A model generated the notes under the pieces. It was given only the letters and a program-made list of their open reading frames with translations. It had not been told where the DNA came from and made no database searches. From an uncultured bacterium (GTDB lineage Bacteria > Planctomycetota > UBA1135 > GCA-002686595): a DNA stretch of 64,000 bases. The position numbers and the translations under genes were made by a program. This document shows positions 1-10,265 of the stretch, piece after piece; position 1 is the first letter of the stretch, and each line of letters starts with the position of its first letter. The stretch is from contig CALSNU010000001.1 of the NCBI GenBank assembly GCA_943787795.1, forward strand, positions 1,280,001 through 1,344,000, written 5' to 3'.

Positions 1-1
1 G

Positions 2-463
2 GGACCCCAGGGGGCGAGGGCGAGGATGGTCGACGTCTCCGGGAAGGCTGCGACGGAGCGCCGCGCGGTGGCGCGGGCGCGCGTGGAGTTTCCCTCCGGC
101 CTGCTCGAGGTCGTCATGGCCGGCGGCGGGCCCAAGGGGCCGATCGAGGAGGTCGCCAGGGTCGCCGGCGTCATGGCCGCGAAGCGCACGGGGGACCTGA
201 TCCCAATGTGTCATCCCCTCGGCCTCGATCTGGTCGACGTCCGCTTCTCCTCGGTCGGCCCAGGCGTCCTTGAAGTCACCTGTGAGGCGCGCTGCACCGG
301 TCCCACAGGTGTCGAGATGGAGGCCATGGTCGGTGCGTCCATGGCGGCTCTGACCGTCTACGACATGACCAAGGGCGCCTCCAAGGCCATACGCCTTGGC
401 GCGGTCGAGCTCCTCGAGAAGTCGGGCGGGAAGAGCGGTCATTGGACCCGCGGAGAGGGGTGA
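2..463 (+). CDS. moaC: Cyclic pyranopterin monophosphate synthase MoaC (probably 5'-truncated by the window edge)
   Basis: ARMVDVSGK, ARVAGVMAAKRT..LIPMCHPL, TGVEMEA, LTVYDMTK, LLEKSGGKSG motifs; frame is open to the window start upstream of ATG 26. Confidence 0.95.
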   Translation, partial: GPQGARARMVDVSGKAATERRAVARARVEFPSGLLEVVMAGGGPKGPIEEVARVAGVMAAKRTGDLIPMCHPLGLDLVDVRFSSVGPGVLEVTCEARCTGPTGVEMEAMVGASMAALTVYDMTKGASKAIRLGAVELLEKSGGKSGHWTRGEG

Positions 464-716
464 GGACGCCGGAGACCCCTTGGAAGGCGGCTCGGCGGGG
501 TGCTGCTCAGCGGCGGCCTGACGCCTCCAAGGGCCCCTCGACGGTCCACTGGCTTCGATTGCTCCTGGTCAGGGGGCAGATCCCCGCTGCGGGGAGCGCT
601 ATGGTGGGCGCGGGCTCCCGCCACCGGTGCGGTCGGCGTCGACCGCCCCGCCCAGCGAGTCCATACACGCAGCCAGTCAACAACCCGAGGGCCCGCCAAG
701 CGGCCCCCGAGACCAC

Positions 717-1207
717 ATGGATCTGAAACTCATCCGCAACCTCGTCCGGATCATGGAGCGAGGCGAGGTCGACGAACTCGAGATCGAGGACGACAAGGCC
801 GGCCTCCGAGTGCACCTCCGTCGCGGCCCCTCGGGCAGCTACGCCCAGCCGTCCGTCATGATGATGCCCGGCGCGACGGCGCCGGGGCCGGCGCCGTCCG
901 GCGGCGCAGGGCTCCCCGCGGGAAACGGTGACGGGACGTCCACGGAGGCGCCCGCGCGCGCCGCCGGCGTTGAGGAGATCACCTCTCCCATGATCGGTAC
1001 CTTCTACGCCTCGCCGTCCCCCGATTCGGACCCGTTCACCGCCGTGGGGGATCGGATCGGCGACGAGAGCGTCGTCTGCATCATCGAGGCCATGAAGGTC
1101 ATGAACGAGATCAAGGCCGAGTGTTCCGGGGAGATCGTCGAGATCCTCGTCGAGAACGGCGAGCCTGTCGAATACGGCCAGCCCCTCTTCCTCGTCAAGA
1201 CGCGCTG

Positions 1208-1208
<1 letters not shown>
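717..1208 (+). CDS. accB: Acetyl-CoA carboxylase biotin carboxyl carrier protein
   Basis: EAMKVMNEI biotinylation motif, [10 protein letters not shown], Pro/Ala linker; start set at ATG 717 ([10 protein letters not shown]). Confidence 0.97.
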
Positions 1209-2602
<1,394 letters not shown>

Positions 2603-2630
2603 CGCCGGGAACGAACTCCCACCTGCAGTG

Positions 2631-3473
2631 ATGAACTTCTCCCCGCTTCGTCTCCCCTTGCTGGCCGCGGCCCTCGCCGCGGGTTTGAGCGGGTGCTTTC
2701 TCGACACCCAGAAGTACCCGGGGATGTTGACGCCCCAGACCAATCCGCTGCCCGAGGGTGCGAAGTGGGCGTTCGGACGTGGATCAGAGGAGGCCTTTGT
2801 AATCCGGCACTCGGACCCCGTACGGGTGCGGATCGCCGAGACGAATTCGGTCTACGACCTCTCCTTCTACGAGAAGCGAACGCTGATCCCCGCGGGCTCA
2901 TGGGTGTTCGCTGGGCCGGAGGGCTACGCCGAGATCCTCCTCCCCGGGGATACCCAGGTGGCGCTCCACGGGCGGGGGACCGGCGTGGTCGGCTCTGAGA
3001 GCCGGCGCGAGCCCATCTTCACCCTCCTGGATGTGACCGGCGCGACGGTGAGCTTCGGTGAGGCTGGCCAGGTTGAGCTCCCCGGCGGAGCGATCCTCGA
3101 GGGGTCGTCGGGCCCGTTCTGGGTGGAGACGATCCACCATCGACTCATCCGGGTTCGGAACCGCTCCAACCAGATCGGCCGCGTGGATTACCGCGACGAG
3201 GTCATCCGCCTCGAGCCGAGCGAGACCGTCGAGCTGGCGCTCCTCAGCGACTTCTCGACGCCCTTCGAGCTGGACCCCTCGACCCGCGAGGTGGATTCAC
3301 CCGCGGGGCGAATCGCGCTGCGAGGCCAGGTCGAGGTGCTCTCCGCCGGCTCGGGGAGCGTCCTCCGCGCGACGGGCACCAGCGAGGTCGAGGGGCTCGG
3401 CCTGCGGCTCGAGCTTGATCCAGGCGACGAGGTTCGCCTGGAGTCCCTCGGGCCCGCCAGCAGCGACCAGTGA
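2631..3473 (+). CDS. Hypothetical lipoprotein, beta-rich (possibly FecR-like)
   Basis: Signal peptide with lipobox LSGC; lies between accC and uxs in the same orientation; fold guess is inference only. Confidence 0.7.
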   Translation: MNFSPLRLPLLAAALAAGLSGCFLDTQKYPGMLTPQTNPLPEGAKWAFGRGSEEAFVIRHSDPVRVRIAETNSVYDLSFYEKRTLIPAGSWVFAGPEGYAEILLPGDTQVALHGRGTGVVGSESRREPIFTLLDVTGATVSFGEAGQVELPGGAILEGSSGPFWVETIHHRLIRVRNRSNQIGRVDYRDEVIRLEPSETVELALLSDFSTPFELDPSTREVDSPAGRIALRGQVEVLSAGSGSVLRATGTSEVEGLGLRLELDPGDEVRLESLGPASSDQ

Positions 3474-3562
3474 CCGACGGCATGGAACTCCAGCCTCAGC
3501 CGCGACCCCAGGCCTCGCCAGGGCCGTCATCCATCGGGCGATACACCGCGCATACCCAGCAC

Positions 3563-4522
3563 ATGAAACGAGTCCTCATCACCGGCGGCGCCGGGTTCCT
3601 CGGCAGCCACCTCTGCGAGCGCTTCCTGGAGGAGGGCTACGCGGTCATCTGCATGGATAACCTCGTCACGGGCTCGCTCGACAACATCGAGCACCTGTTC
3701 GGCAAGGAGGAGTTCCTCTTCATGCGGCAGGACGTGACGGAGTTCATCCACGTCCCCGGGCGGCTCGATGCTGTCCTGCACTTCGCCTCGCCGGCGAGCC
3801 CCATCGACTACCTGGAGCTTCCGATCCAGACCCTCAAGGTCGGCTCGCTGGGGACTCACAAGGCCCTCGGGCTCGCCCGTGAGAAGGGCGCCCGGTTCCT
3901 GCTCGCCTCCACCTCGGAGTGCTACGGCGACCCCGAGGAGCACCCCCAGAAGGAGTCCTACTGGGGGAACGTGAACCCGGTCGGTCCCCGGGGCGTCTAT
4001 GACGAGGCCAAGCGCTTCGCCGAGGCCATGACCATGGCGTACCACCGCTATCACGGGGTGGAGACTCGCATCATCCGCATCTTCAACACCTACGGTCCGC
4101 GCATGCGGCTGAACGACGGGCGAGCGCTGCCCGCCTTCATGTCCCAGGCCCTCGAGGGCCGCCCCATCACGGTCTTCGGGGACGGCTCACAGACCCGCTC
4201 GTTCTGCTACGTCGATGACCTGGTGGAGGGGATCTGGCGGCTGCTGAACTCCGATGAGCCCGAGCCCACCAACATCGGCAACCCCGCAGAGATGACGATC
4301 CTCGAGTTCGCTCGCAAGGTCGTCGAGCTCACCGGATCCGCCTCGGAGATCTCCTTCCGCGATCTCCCTGAGGATGACCCCAAGGTCCGCCAGCCGGACA
4401 TCACGAAGGCGAGAAGGGTCCTTGGCTGGGAGCCGACCGTCGACCTCGACACCGGGCTCCGGCGGACGCTGGACTACTTCCGAACGAAGGTCGGGGCCAA
4501 GGCGCCGACGACCGGCGCCTGA
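3563..4522 (+). CDS. UDP-glucuronic acid decarboxylase (UDP-xylose synthase), SDR family
   Basis: [66 protein letters not shown]; alternative start at 3470. Confidence 0.93.
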   Translation: MKRVLITGGAGFLGSHLCERFLEEGYAVICMDNLVTGSLDNIEHLFGKEEFLFMRQDVTEFIHVPGRLDAVLHFASPASPIDYLELPIQTLKVGSLGTHKALGLAREKGARFLLASTSECYGDPEEHPQKESYWGNVNPVGPRGVYDEAKRFAEAMTMAYHRYHGVETRIIRIFNTYGPRMRLNDGRALPAFMSQALEGRPITVFGDGSQTRSFCYVDDLVEGIWRLLNSDEPEPTNIGNPAEMTILEFARKVVELTGSASEISFRDLPEDDPKVRQPDITKARRVLGWEPTVDLDTGLRRTLDYFRTKVGAKAPTTGA

Positions 4523-4538
4523 AAGGCAGGCCTGACGC

Positions 4539-6395
4539 ATGTGTGGAATTGTTGGAGCCTGCCTCGCCGGCGGGGACGTGATCCCGGGGCTAGTCGAAGG
4601 CCTCTCGGTCCTCGAGTACCGCGGTTATGACAGCGCGGGCATCGCGGCGGTGAAGGACGGTGAGCTGCGCGTGCGAAAGCGGCGTGGTCGACTGTCCAAT
4701 CTCGAGGAGGCCCTGGAGGACGGTGGACTCAGCGGGAGCCTGGCCGGGATCGGGCATACCCGGTGGGCGACCCACGGGGTCCCCAGCGACGTCAATTCAC
4801 ACCCGCACACCGGCGCCTCGGGGCGGGTCGCGGTGGTGCATAACGGGATCATCGAGAACTACGCGCTGCTGAAGCGTGAGCTCCTCGAGGGGGGCGAGTC
4901 CTTCCTGTCGGAGACCGACACGGAGGTCCTCGCGCGGCTGATCGACAGGACCTGGGCAGAGGAGGGCACGGATCAGGCCGCGCTCATGCGTGCCATGCGG
5001 CGCGCCCTCGCGAAGGTCTCCGGCTATTACGCCCTCGCTGTGCTCGCCAGCACCGACGATGGGACCTGCCTCCTGGCGATGCGGCAGGGCCCGCCGCTCG
5101 TGGTGGGCATCACGGAAGGCGGAGGGTTCCTCTCCTCCGATGTCCTCGGTCTGATCCCGCACACCCGGCAGGTGATCTACCTCGAGGACGGGGACCTTGC
5201 GCAGTTGGAGCCTGGTCGCCTCACGGTCACAGACGCGTCAGGGGCCGCCGTTGAGCGCCCCGCGCGGGAGATCGAGTGGGATCCGGCGGACTCGGGCCGC
5301 GGGGGATACCCGCACTACATGCTCAAGGAGATCCACGAGCAGCCTGACGTGATCGAGCGGACCTGCGTGGACCGGATCGACCTGGCCTCCGGCGACGTGC
5401 GCTTCGAGGGAGGCGCCTTCGACGACGCGTTCTGCAGCTCGATCGAGCGCATTCAGATCCTCGGATGCGGGACCGCGTTGCACGCCGGTCAGATCGCTCG
5501 CTACCTGATCGAGGGACTCGCGGGCCTCCCGGTGGAATTCGACTTCGCCTCGGAGTTCCGCTACCGCTCACCGCGGGTCGCGCCTGGAACCGTGGCCCTC
5601 GCGATCACCCAGTCGGGTGAGACGGCGGACACCCTCGGGGCCACCCGCCTCGCCCGGGAGTTGGGGGCGCGGGTGGCCTCCATCTGCAACGTGGCCGGGT
5701 CCTCCCAGGTCCGTGAGTCCGAGGCGACGATCCTGACCCATGCTGGGCCAGAGATCGGGGTCGCGAGCACGAAGGCCTTCACCGCGCAGCTCACGGCGGC
5801 GGTGCTCCTGGCGGTCCGGATCGCGCGTAGTCGCGGCACCATGTCCGCGGCCGAGGGCCGGGAGCTGCTCACCGAGCTCTCCGAGCTGCGGCCGAAGGTG
5901 GAGTCGCTGCTGACCCAGGAGTCCGTGGCCCGCACCCGGGACGCTGCGAGGACCCACGCGGGGGCCCGCGGGTTCCTGTTCCTGGGCCGAGGCGTGAACT
6001 TCCCGGTGGCGCTCGAGGGAGCCCTCAAGCTCAAAGAGATCGCCTACGTTCACGCCGAGGGGTACGCCGCAGGGGAGATGAAGCACGGCCCCATCGCGCT
6101 GATCGACCCCGGTATGGCGGTGCTTGTGATCAACGCCGAGGGGCAGGTGGCGGAGAAGACCCGCTCCAACATCGAGCAGGTGAAGGCGCGCGGAGGGGTG
6201 ACGGTCAGCGTCGGGTCGGATGGTGCCAGTCACGCCATCGCAGACTCCTACGTCTCGGTGCCGCGCTCCTCGGAGTGGCTCTCACCGATCCTCAACACGA
6301 TCCCGCTGCAGCTGATCTCGTACCACATCGCCGAGATCCACGGATGTGACATCGACAAGCCGAGGAACCTCGCCAAGAGCGTGACGGTCGAGTGA
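4539..6395 (+). CDS. glmS: Glutamine--fructose-6-phosphate aminotransferase
   Basis: MCGIVG, EYRGYDSAG, GHTRWATHG, SGETADT, EGALKLKE, C-terminal PRNLAKSVTVE. Confidence 0.98.
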   Translation: MCGIVGACLAGGDVIPGLVEGLSVLEYRGYDSAGIAAVKDGELRVRKRRGRLSNLEEALEDGGLSGSLAGIGHTRWATHGVPSDVNSHPHTGASGRVAVVHNGIIENYALLKRELLEGGESFLSETDTEVLARLIDRTWAEEGTDQAALMRAMRRALAKVSGYYALAVLASTDDGTCLLAMRQGPPLVVGITEGGGFLSSDVLGLIPHTRQVIYLEDGDLAQLEPGRLTVTDASGAAVERPAREIEWDPADSGRGGYPHYMLKEIHEQPDVIERTCVDRIDLASGDVRFEGGAFDDAFCSSIERIQILGCGTALHAGQIARYLIEGLAGLPVEFDFASEFRYRSPRVAPGTVALAITQSGETADTLGATRLARELGARVASICNVAGSSQVRESEATILTHAGPEIGVASTKAFTAQLTAAVLLAVRIARSRGTMSAAEGRELLTELSELRPKVESLLTQESVARTRDAARTHAGARGFLFLGRGVNFPVALEGALKLKEIAYVHAEGYAAGEMKHGPIALIDPGMAVLVINAEGQVAEKTRSNIEQVKARGGVTVSVGSDGASHAIADSYVSVPRSSEWLSPILNTIPLQLISYHIAEIHGCDIDKPRNLAKSVTVE

Positions 6396-6398
6396 ATG

Positions 6399-7154
6399 TC
6401 ACGCGCCTCGGGTGAGGCCCAAGCCAGGCTCAAGCCGGAGGGCACCACGCTTGTTCCGGTGGAGGGGACACTGGGCGAATCCGGAGAGGCCTGGAGGATC
6501 CCGGGGCGGGACGCTGCCGGTCACGGTGCCGAGGTCGTCTCGTTTCTTCCCCGGCACAAGGTGCTTCAGGAGTTTGGTTTCTTCACCACAAGCCGAGTCG
6601 GTCCCGGGGGCGCGTTGGGCTTGGCGGGCAGGTGGGCCCTGCGCCTCGATCTGAGCCTGATCAACTTCGCCACGGGCGGGTCTCCCGACGTTATCGTTCC
6701 AGCCCGGCGGGAGTCCTTGACGAACTCTCCCCAAGGTCGGCCGCCCCGGCCGGCTCCGACCCCATACCGTTCGTTCTGGCGATCGCTCCCGACCCCCGCG
6801 ACTCGCACAGCCCATCGATCCTCCCGTGAAAGGCGTCCCCTCCGCAGCCAGTCCTGGATTGCAGTCCGCTCCGCGCCGTTGGCTGCGGGCGGAGTCCCGG
6901 ATGAGGGGCCCCGAGCGGGCGTCCGCCGACGAACTCTCGTTGAGCAACCGGGAGGCTGCCGAGGCCTCCTCGATGGGTGGGGGGGCCTCGATCACCTTCA
7001 AGCGCCGAGCGCTCTGGGAGGGCCTGGTCACCCCGGATCGTCTCGGTGTTGCAGGGCCGCAGCTGGTCCCGGCGCTGTCGCTGCCCCTCCCCGCGGTGTT
7101 CTCTTCCGCGGTGTCCTCTTCTGCGGTGTCCTCCCCCGTGCTGCTCCCCCCCAA
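6399..7154 (-). CDS. Possible orphan ORF (strand and reality uncertain)
   Basis: Fills the glmS-rmlD gap; the same codon register is open on both strands; no recognisable motif; TTG start. Confidence 0.2.
   Translation of the reverse strand: MGGSSTGEDTAEEDTAEENTAGRGSDSAGTSCGPATPRRSGVTRPSQSARRLKVIEAPPPIEEASAASRLLNESSSADARSGPLIRDSARSQRRGADCNPGLAAEGTPFTGGSMGCASRGGRERSPERTVWGRSRPGRPTLGRVRQGLPPGWNDNVGRPARGEVDQAQIEAQGPPARQAQRAPGTDSACGEETKLLKHLVPGKKRDDLGTVTGSVPPRDPPGLSGFAQCPLHRNKRGALRLEPGLGLTRGA
7091..7135. repeat. 15-bp imperfect tandem repeat x3 (CCGCGGTGTCCTCTT)
   Basis: CCGCGGTGTTCTCTT CCGCGGTGTCCTCTT CTGCGGTGTCCTCCC. Confidence 0.85.
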
Positions 7155-7279
7155 AAAAGGAAGCGGAGGCTCTCAGCCCGGTGCCGACTCATCGGGGCGG
7201 ACTCCGGGCCTCCTCGCCGGAAACGCGCTGGAACCTCAGGCCTGAGGCCTGGAGCCTCCGCGCCTCGAATCAATCGACC

Positions 7280-8209
7280 ATGGAAGACAACGGCAACAAT
7301 GAAGTCTCGTCCCCTGGTGCCGCCGCTCGGCCTCGCCGGGTGCTCGTCACAGGCGGAGCGGGGATGCTCGGGAGCCAGGTGCTCCTCGCGGTCCCGGACG
7401 ATATCGAGGCGCTGGGGACCGACATGCGTGAGGCGCCGGGGGTCGACATGCCGGGGGTCGATCTCACCGACGACGCTCAGGTCGAGGCGCTCTTCGACGA
7501 GCTCGCTCCGATCGATGGCGTGATCCACACGGCGGCCTACACCGCGGTGGATCGTGCCGAGGAGGAACCCGAGCTCGCTCAGTTGATCAACGGTGACGCC
7601 TGCGGGGTGCTCGCCCGCGCCGCCGCCAAGGCCGGAATCCCCCTGGTGCTGGTGAGCACGGATTTTGTCTTCGATGGGCAGGCCAAGGCGCCCTACTCGG
7701 AGGCCGCGCCCACGAGCCCGCGGTCCGTGTACGGTGCCACCAAGCTGGACGGTGAGGCCCAGGCGCTGGCGGCTCACCCCGAAGGTGCGAAGGTGGTCCG
7801 CACCCAGTGGCTCTACGGTCCTCGCGGGAGTCACTTTCCACACACCATGCAGCGCCTGGCCAAGGAGCGCGACCGCCTCAAGGTGGTCAGCGACCAGGTC
7901 GGGTCGCCGACGTCGACGCTGGAGCTCGCGCCTGCGCTTTGGGACGTGCTGATCTCGGGGGAGCCCGGGGTCTGGCACGCGGCCTGCGCGGGCGAGTGCT
8001 CGTGGTTCGACCTCGCGGTCGCGACCATCGAGGCCAGCGAGATCGAGGGGGTCGAGGTCGAGCCCTGCTCGACCGACGAGTTCCCCCGTCCCGCGGCCCG
8101 GCCGGCCTACAGCGCTCTCGACTGCTCCAAGCTGGAGCGGCTCCGCGGCAAACCCATGGCGCCCTGGAAGGACGCCCTGCTCACCTACCTTGGAAGCGAA
8201 GCATCATGA
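7280..8209 (+). CDS. rfbD: dTDP-4-dehydrorhamnose reductase
   Basis: TGGAGMLG, AAYTAVDRAEEE, STDFVFDG, YGATKLDGE, DQVGSPT, PAARPAYSALD. Confidence 0.96.
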   Translation: MEDNGNNEVSSPGAAARPRRVLVTGGAGMLGSQVLLAVPDDIEALGTDMREAPGVDMPGVDLTDDAQVEALFDELAPIDGVIHTAAYTAVDRAEEEPELAQLINGDACGVLARAAAKAGIPLVLVSTDFVFDGQAKAPYSEAAPTSPRSVYGATKLDGEAQALAAHPEGAKVVRTQWLYGPRGSHFPHTMQRLAKERDRLKVVSDQVGSPTSTLELAPALWDVLISGEPGVWHAACAGECSWFDLAVATIEASEIEGVEVEPCSTDEFPRPAARPAYSALDCSKLERLRGKPMAPWKDALLTYLGSEAS

Positions 8210-9228
8210 CCCGTACCGTTCTCGTCACCGGCGGCGCCGGCTTCATCGGCAGTAACTTCGTCCAGATGCTCCGGGAGGATCGACCGGACTGGAGGGTGAT
8301 CAACCTCGACGCGTTGACCTACGCGGGGAACCTCGAGAACCTCACGGGGATCCAGGGTGATGCGGAGTACACCTTTGTTCACGGCGACATCACGGTCGCC
8401 GAGGACGTCGCGAAGGCCTTTGACGCGGGGGGCGAGAGCGGCGTCAGCGACGTGATCCACTTCGCGGCGGAGAGCCACGTGGATCGCTCCATCGCCAGCG
8501 GGCTCCCCTTCGTGAAGTCCAACGTGATGGGGACCCAGATCCTGCTCGACGCCGCCCGCGAGCGGAGCGTCGAGCGATTCGTCCATGTGTCCACGGACGA
8601 GGTCTATGGTTCTCTGGGGAAGACCGGCTTCTTCACCGAGGAGACGCCGCTCTCGCCGAACTCGCCCTATTCCGCCAGCAAGGCCGGGAGCGACATGCTC
8701 GTGCGGGCCGCGTTCGAGACCCACGGCTTCCCCGCCCTGATCACACGCTGCTCCAACAACTACGGCCCTTATCAGTTCCCCGAGAAGCTGATCCCGTTGA
8801 TGATCGCGAACGCCAGGGAGGACAAGAGCCTCCCGGTGTACGGCGACGGCATGCAGATCCGTGACTGGCTCTACGTCCGCGATCACTGCGAGGCCATCCT
8901 CGCCGTCCTCGAGCGGGGGACGGCCGGTGACGTCTACAACATCGGCGGGCACAACGAGTACCCCAATATCGACATCGTCCGGGCGATCCTCGGGCACCTC
9001 GACAAGCCCGAGTCATTGATCGAGTACGTCACCGACCGTCTCGGCCACGACCGCCGCTACGCGATCGATGCCCGAAAGATCGAGGAGAGGCTCGGATGGA
9101 CGCCTCGATACACCTTCGAGCAGGCGCTGCCCATGACCCTCCAGTGGTACCTGGACAACGACGCCTGGCTCCAGAATGTCCGGTCGGGGAGCTACCGGGA
9201 CTACTACGCGGCGCAGTACGGCGGTTGA
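8206..9228 (+). CDS. rfbB: dTDP-glucose 4,6-dehydratase
   Basis: GGAGFIGSNF, DALTYAGN, HFAAESHVDRSI, STDEVYG, PYSASKA, SNNYGPYQFPEKLIP, GHDRRYA. Confidence 0.97.
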   Translation: MTRTVLVTGGAGFIGSNFVQMLREDRPDWRVINLDALTYAGNLENLTGIQGDAEYTFVHGDITVAEDVAKAFDAGGESGVSDVIHFAAESHVDRSIASGLPFVKSNVMGTQILLDAARERSVERFVHVSTDEVYGSLGKTGFFTEETPLSPNSPYSASKAGSDMLVRAAFETHGFPALITRCSNNYGPYQFPEKLIPLMIANAREDKSLPVYGDGMQIRDWLYVRDHCEAILAVLERGTAGDVYNIGGHNEYPNIDIVRAILGHLDKPESLIEYVTDRLGHDRRYAIDARKIEERLGWTPRYTFEQALPMTLQWYLDNDAWLQNVRSGSYRDYYAAQYGG

Positions 9229-9297
9229 TCCATGCGAGGGAGCCGACCGTTTCGTAGGCCGGTCGCTTCCCGCGACTATCAGGATGGGTCGGTCTGC

Positions 9298-9314
9298 CTG
9301 GCGGCTAGACTGCT
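9298..9314 (+). promoter_or_regulatory. Candidate sigma54 -24/-12 promoter upstream of the wza operon
   Basis: CTGGCGGCTAGACTGCT has GG-N10-GC spacing; partial match to TGGCACG-N4-TTGCW. Confidence 0.35.
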
Positions 9315-9443
9315 CAGATCTCTCATCAAGAGCCGGCGAGGGGGTCCCGTTTCGGATCAACCTGGGCCCCCCCGCCGGTCGATGGACCCAAGAGAACTCC
9401 GGCTTCCCCGATCTCGGGCCTACCTCAAGGGCCTGGCTCACCG

Positions 9444-10262
9444 ATGCAATTCCTTACCCTCAGTTCGCGCCACGCGGCTTCGCCGCTGACGATTCTGATC
9501 GCGCTCGTCGCGCTTGGGTTGGCCGCCTGCAACTCGGCCCCCAGCAAGCGGACCCTCCAGTACATGAACGAGGAAGGGTTCGGGCGGAGGTACAGCGGCA
9601 ACGCGCTCGAGGAGAACTACCTGACAATCGGTGATTCTATCCAGATCGCGGACATCGCCCACCCCGAGCTCAGCCTCGGGACCACGGTGGACATCGACGG
9701 GACGATCCTCCTCCCCGAGGTGGGTCGCGTCCACGTCGCCGGTTACACGCGGTCCGACCTCGAGGCGGTCCTCGCCGAGCGCTATTCGCCGTACTACGAG
9801 ACTCCGACCGAGATCGTCGTCGACATCACGACGTCCAGCAAGGTCTTCTGGGTCCTCGGGGAGGTTCGCAACGGTGGAGAGTTCGAGTTCCTGGGGAACG
9901 AGACCGTGATCGATGCGCTGGTCGACGCCCAGCCGAACCGCGACTCAGCCAACCTCGGGCGCGTGATGCTGATCCGCGCCGACCCCCAGGACCCACTGCG
10001 TCTCCCGGTCAACTACTGGGACATCACTCGGGGAGATTCCACCACCAATTACACGCTCGAGGAGAACGACATCATCTGGGTTCCGCCCACGGTCCTCGCC
10101 GAGCTCGGGTACTTCATCCGGCAGCTCCTCTATCCCTTCACGACGGTCATCCAGGCCGTCAGTTCCGCCTTCTTCGGCAACCGAAGGGGCGGGGGCGGAG
10201 CCGGAGGGCGCAACGACCTCGGCGGTGACATCTTCAACTCCTGGGGCTTCGGGGCCTTCTGA
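9444..10262 (+). CDS. Polysaccharide export lipoprotein (Wza/OPX family)
   Basis: Lipobox LAAC, Poly_export motif (IGDSIQI..VDIDGTILLPEVGRVHVAG), SLBB-like domain (WVLGEV..LEENDIIWVP), C-terminal amphipathic helix. Confidence 0.9.
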   Translation: MQFLTLSSRHAASPLTILIALVALGLAACNSAPSKRTLQYMNEEGFGRRYSGNALEENYLTIGDSIQIADIAHPELSLGTTVDIDGTILLPEVGRVHVAGYTRSDLEAVLAERYSPYYETPTEIVVDITTSSKVFWVLGEVRNGGEFEFLGNETVIDALVDAQPNRDSANLGRVMLIRADPQDPLRLPVNYWDITRGDSTTNYTLEENDIIWVPPTVLAELGYFIRQLLYPFTTVIQAVSSAFFGNRRGGGGAGGRNDLGGDIFNSWGFGAF

Positions 10263-10265
10263 GCG

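Noticed and set aside
477..533. Riboswitch or ncRNA between moaC and accB
   Set aside because: The imperfect inverted repeat (CCCTTGGAAGGCG/CGCCTCCAAGGG) is most simply a terminator-like hairpin; no known aptamer motif recognised
4523..4538. glmS ribozyme
   Set aside because: Only 16 nt separate uxs from glmS, leaving no room
6396..6500. Tn7-like element at attTn7
   Set aside because: No recognisable Tn7 end with repeated TnsB sites and no tns genes downstream of glmS
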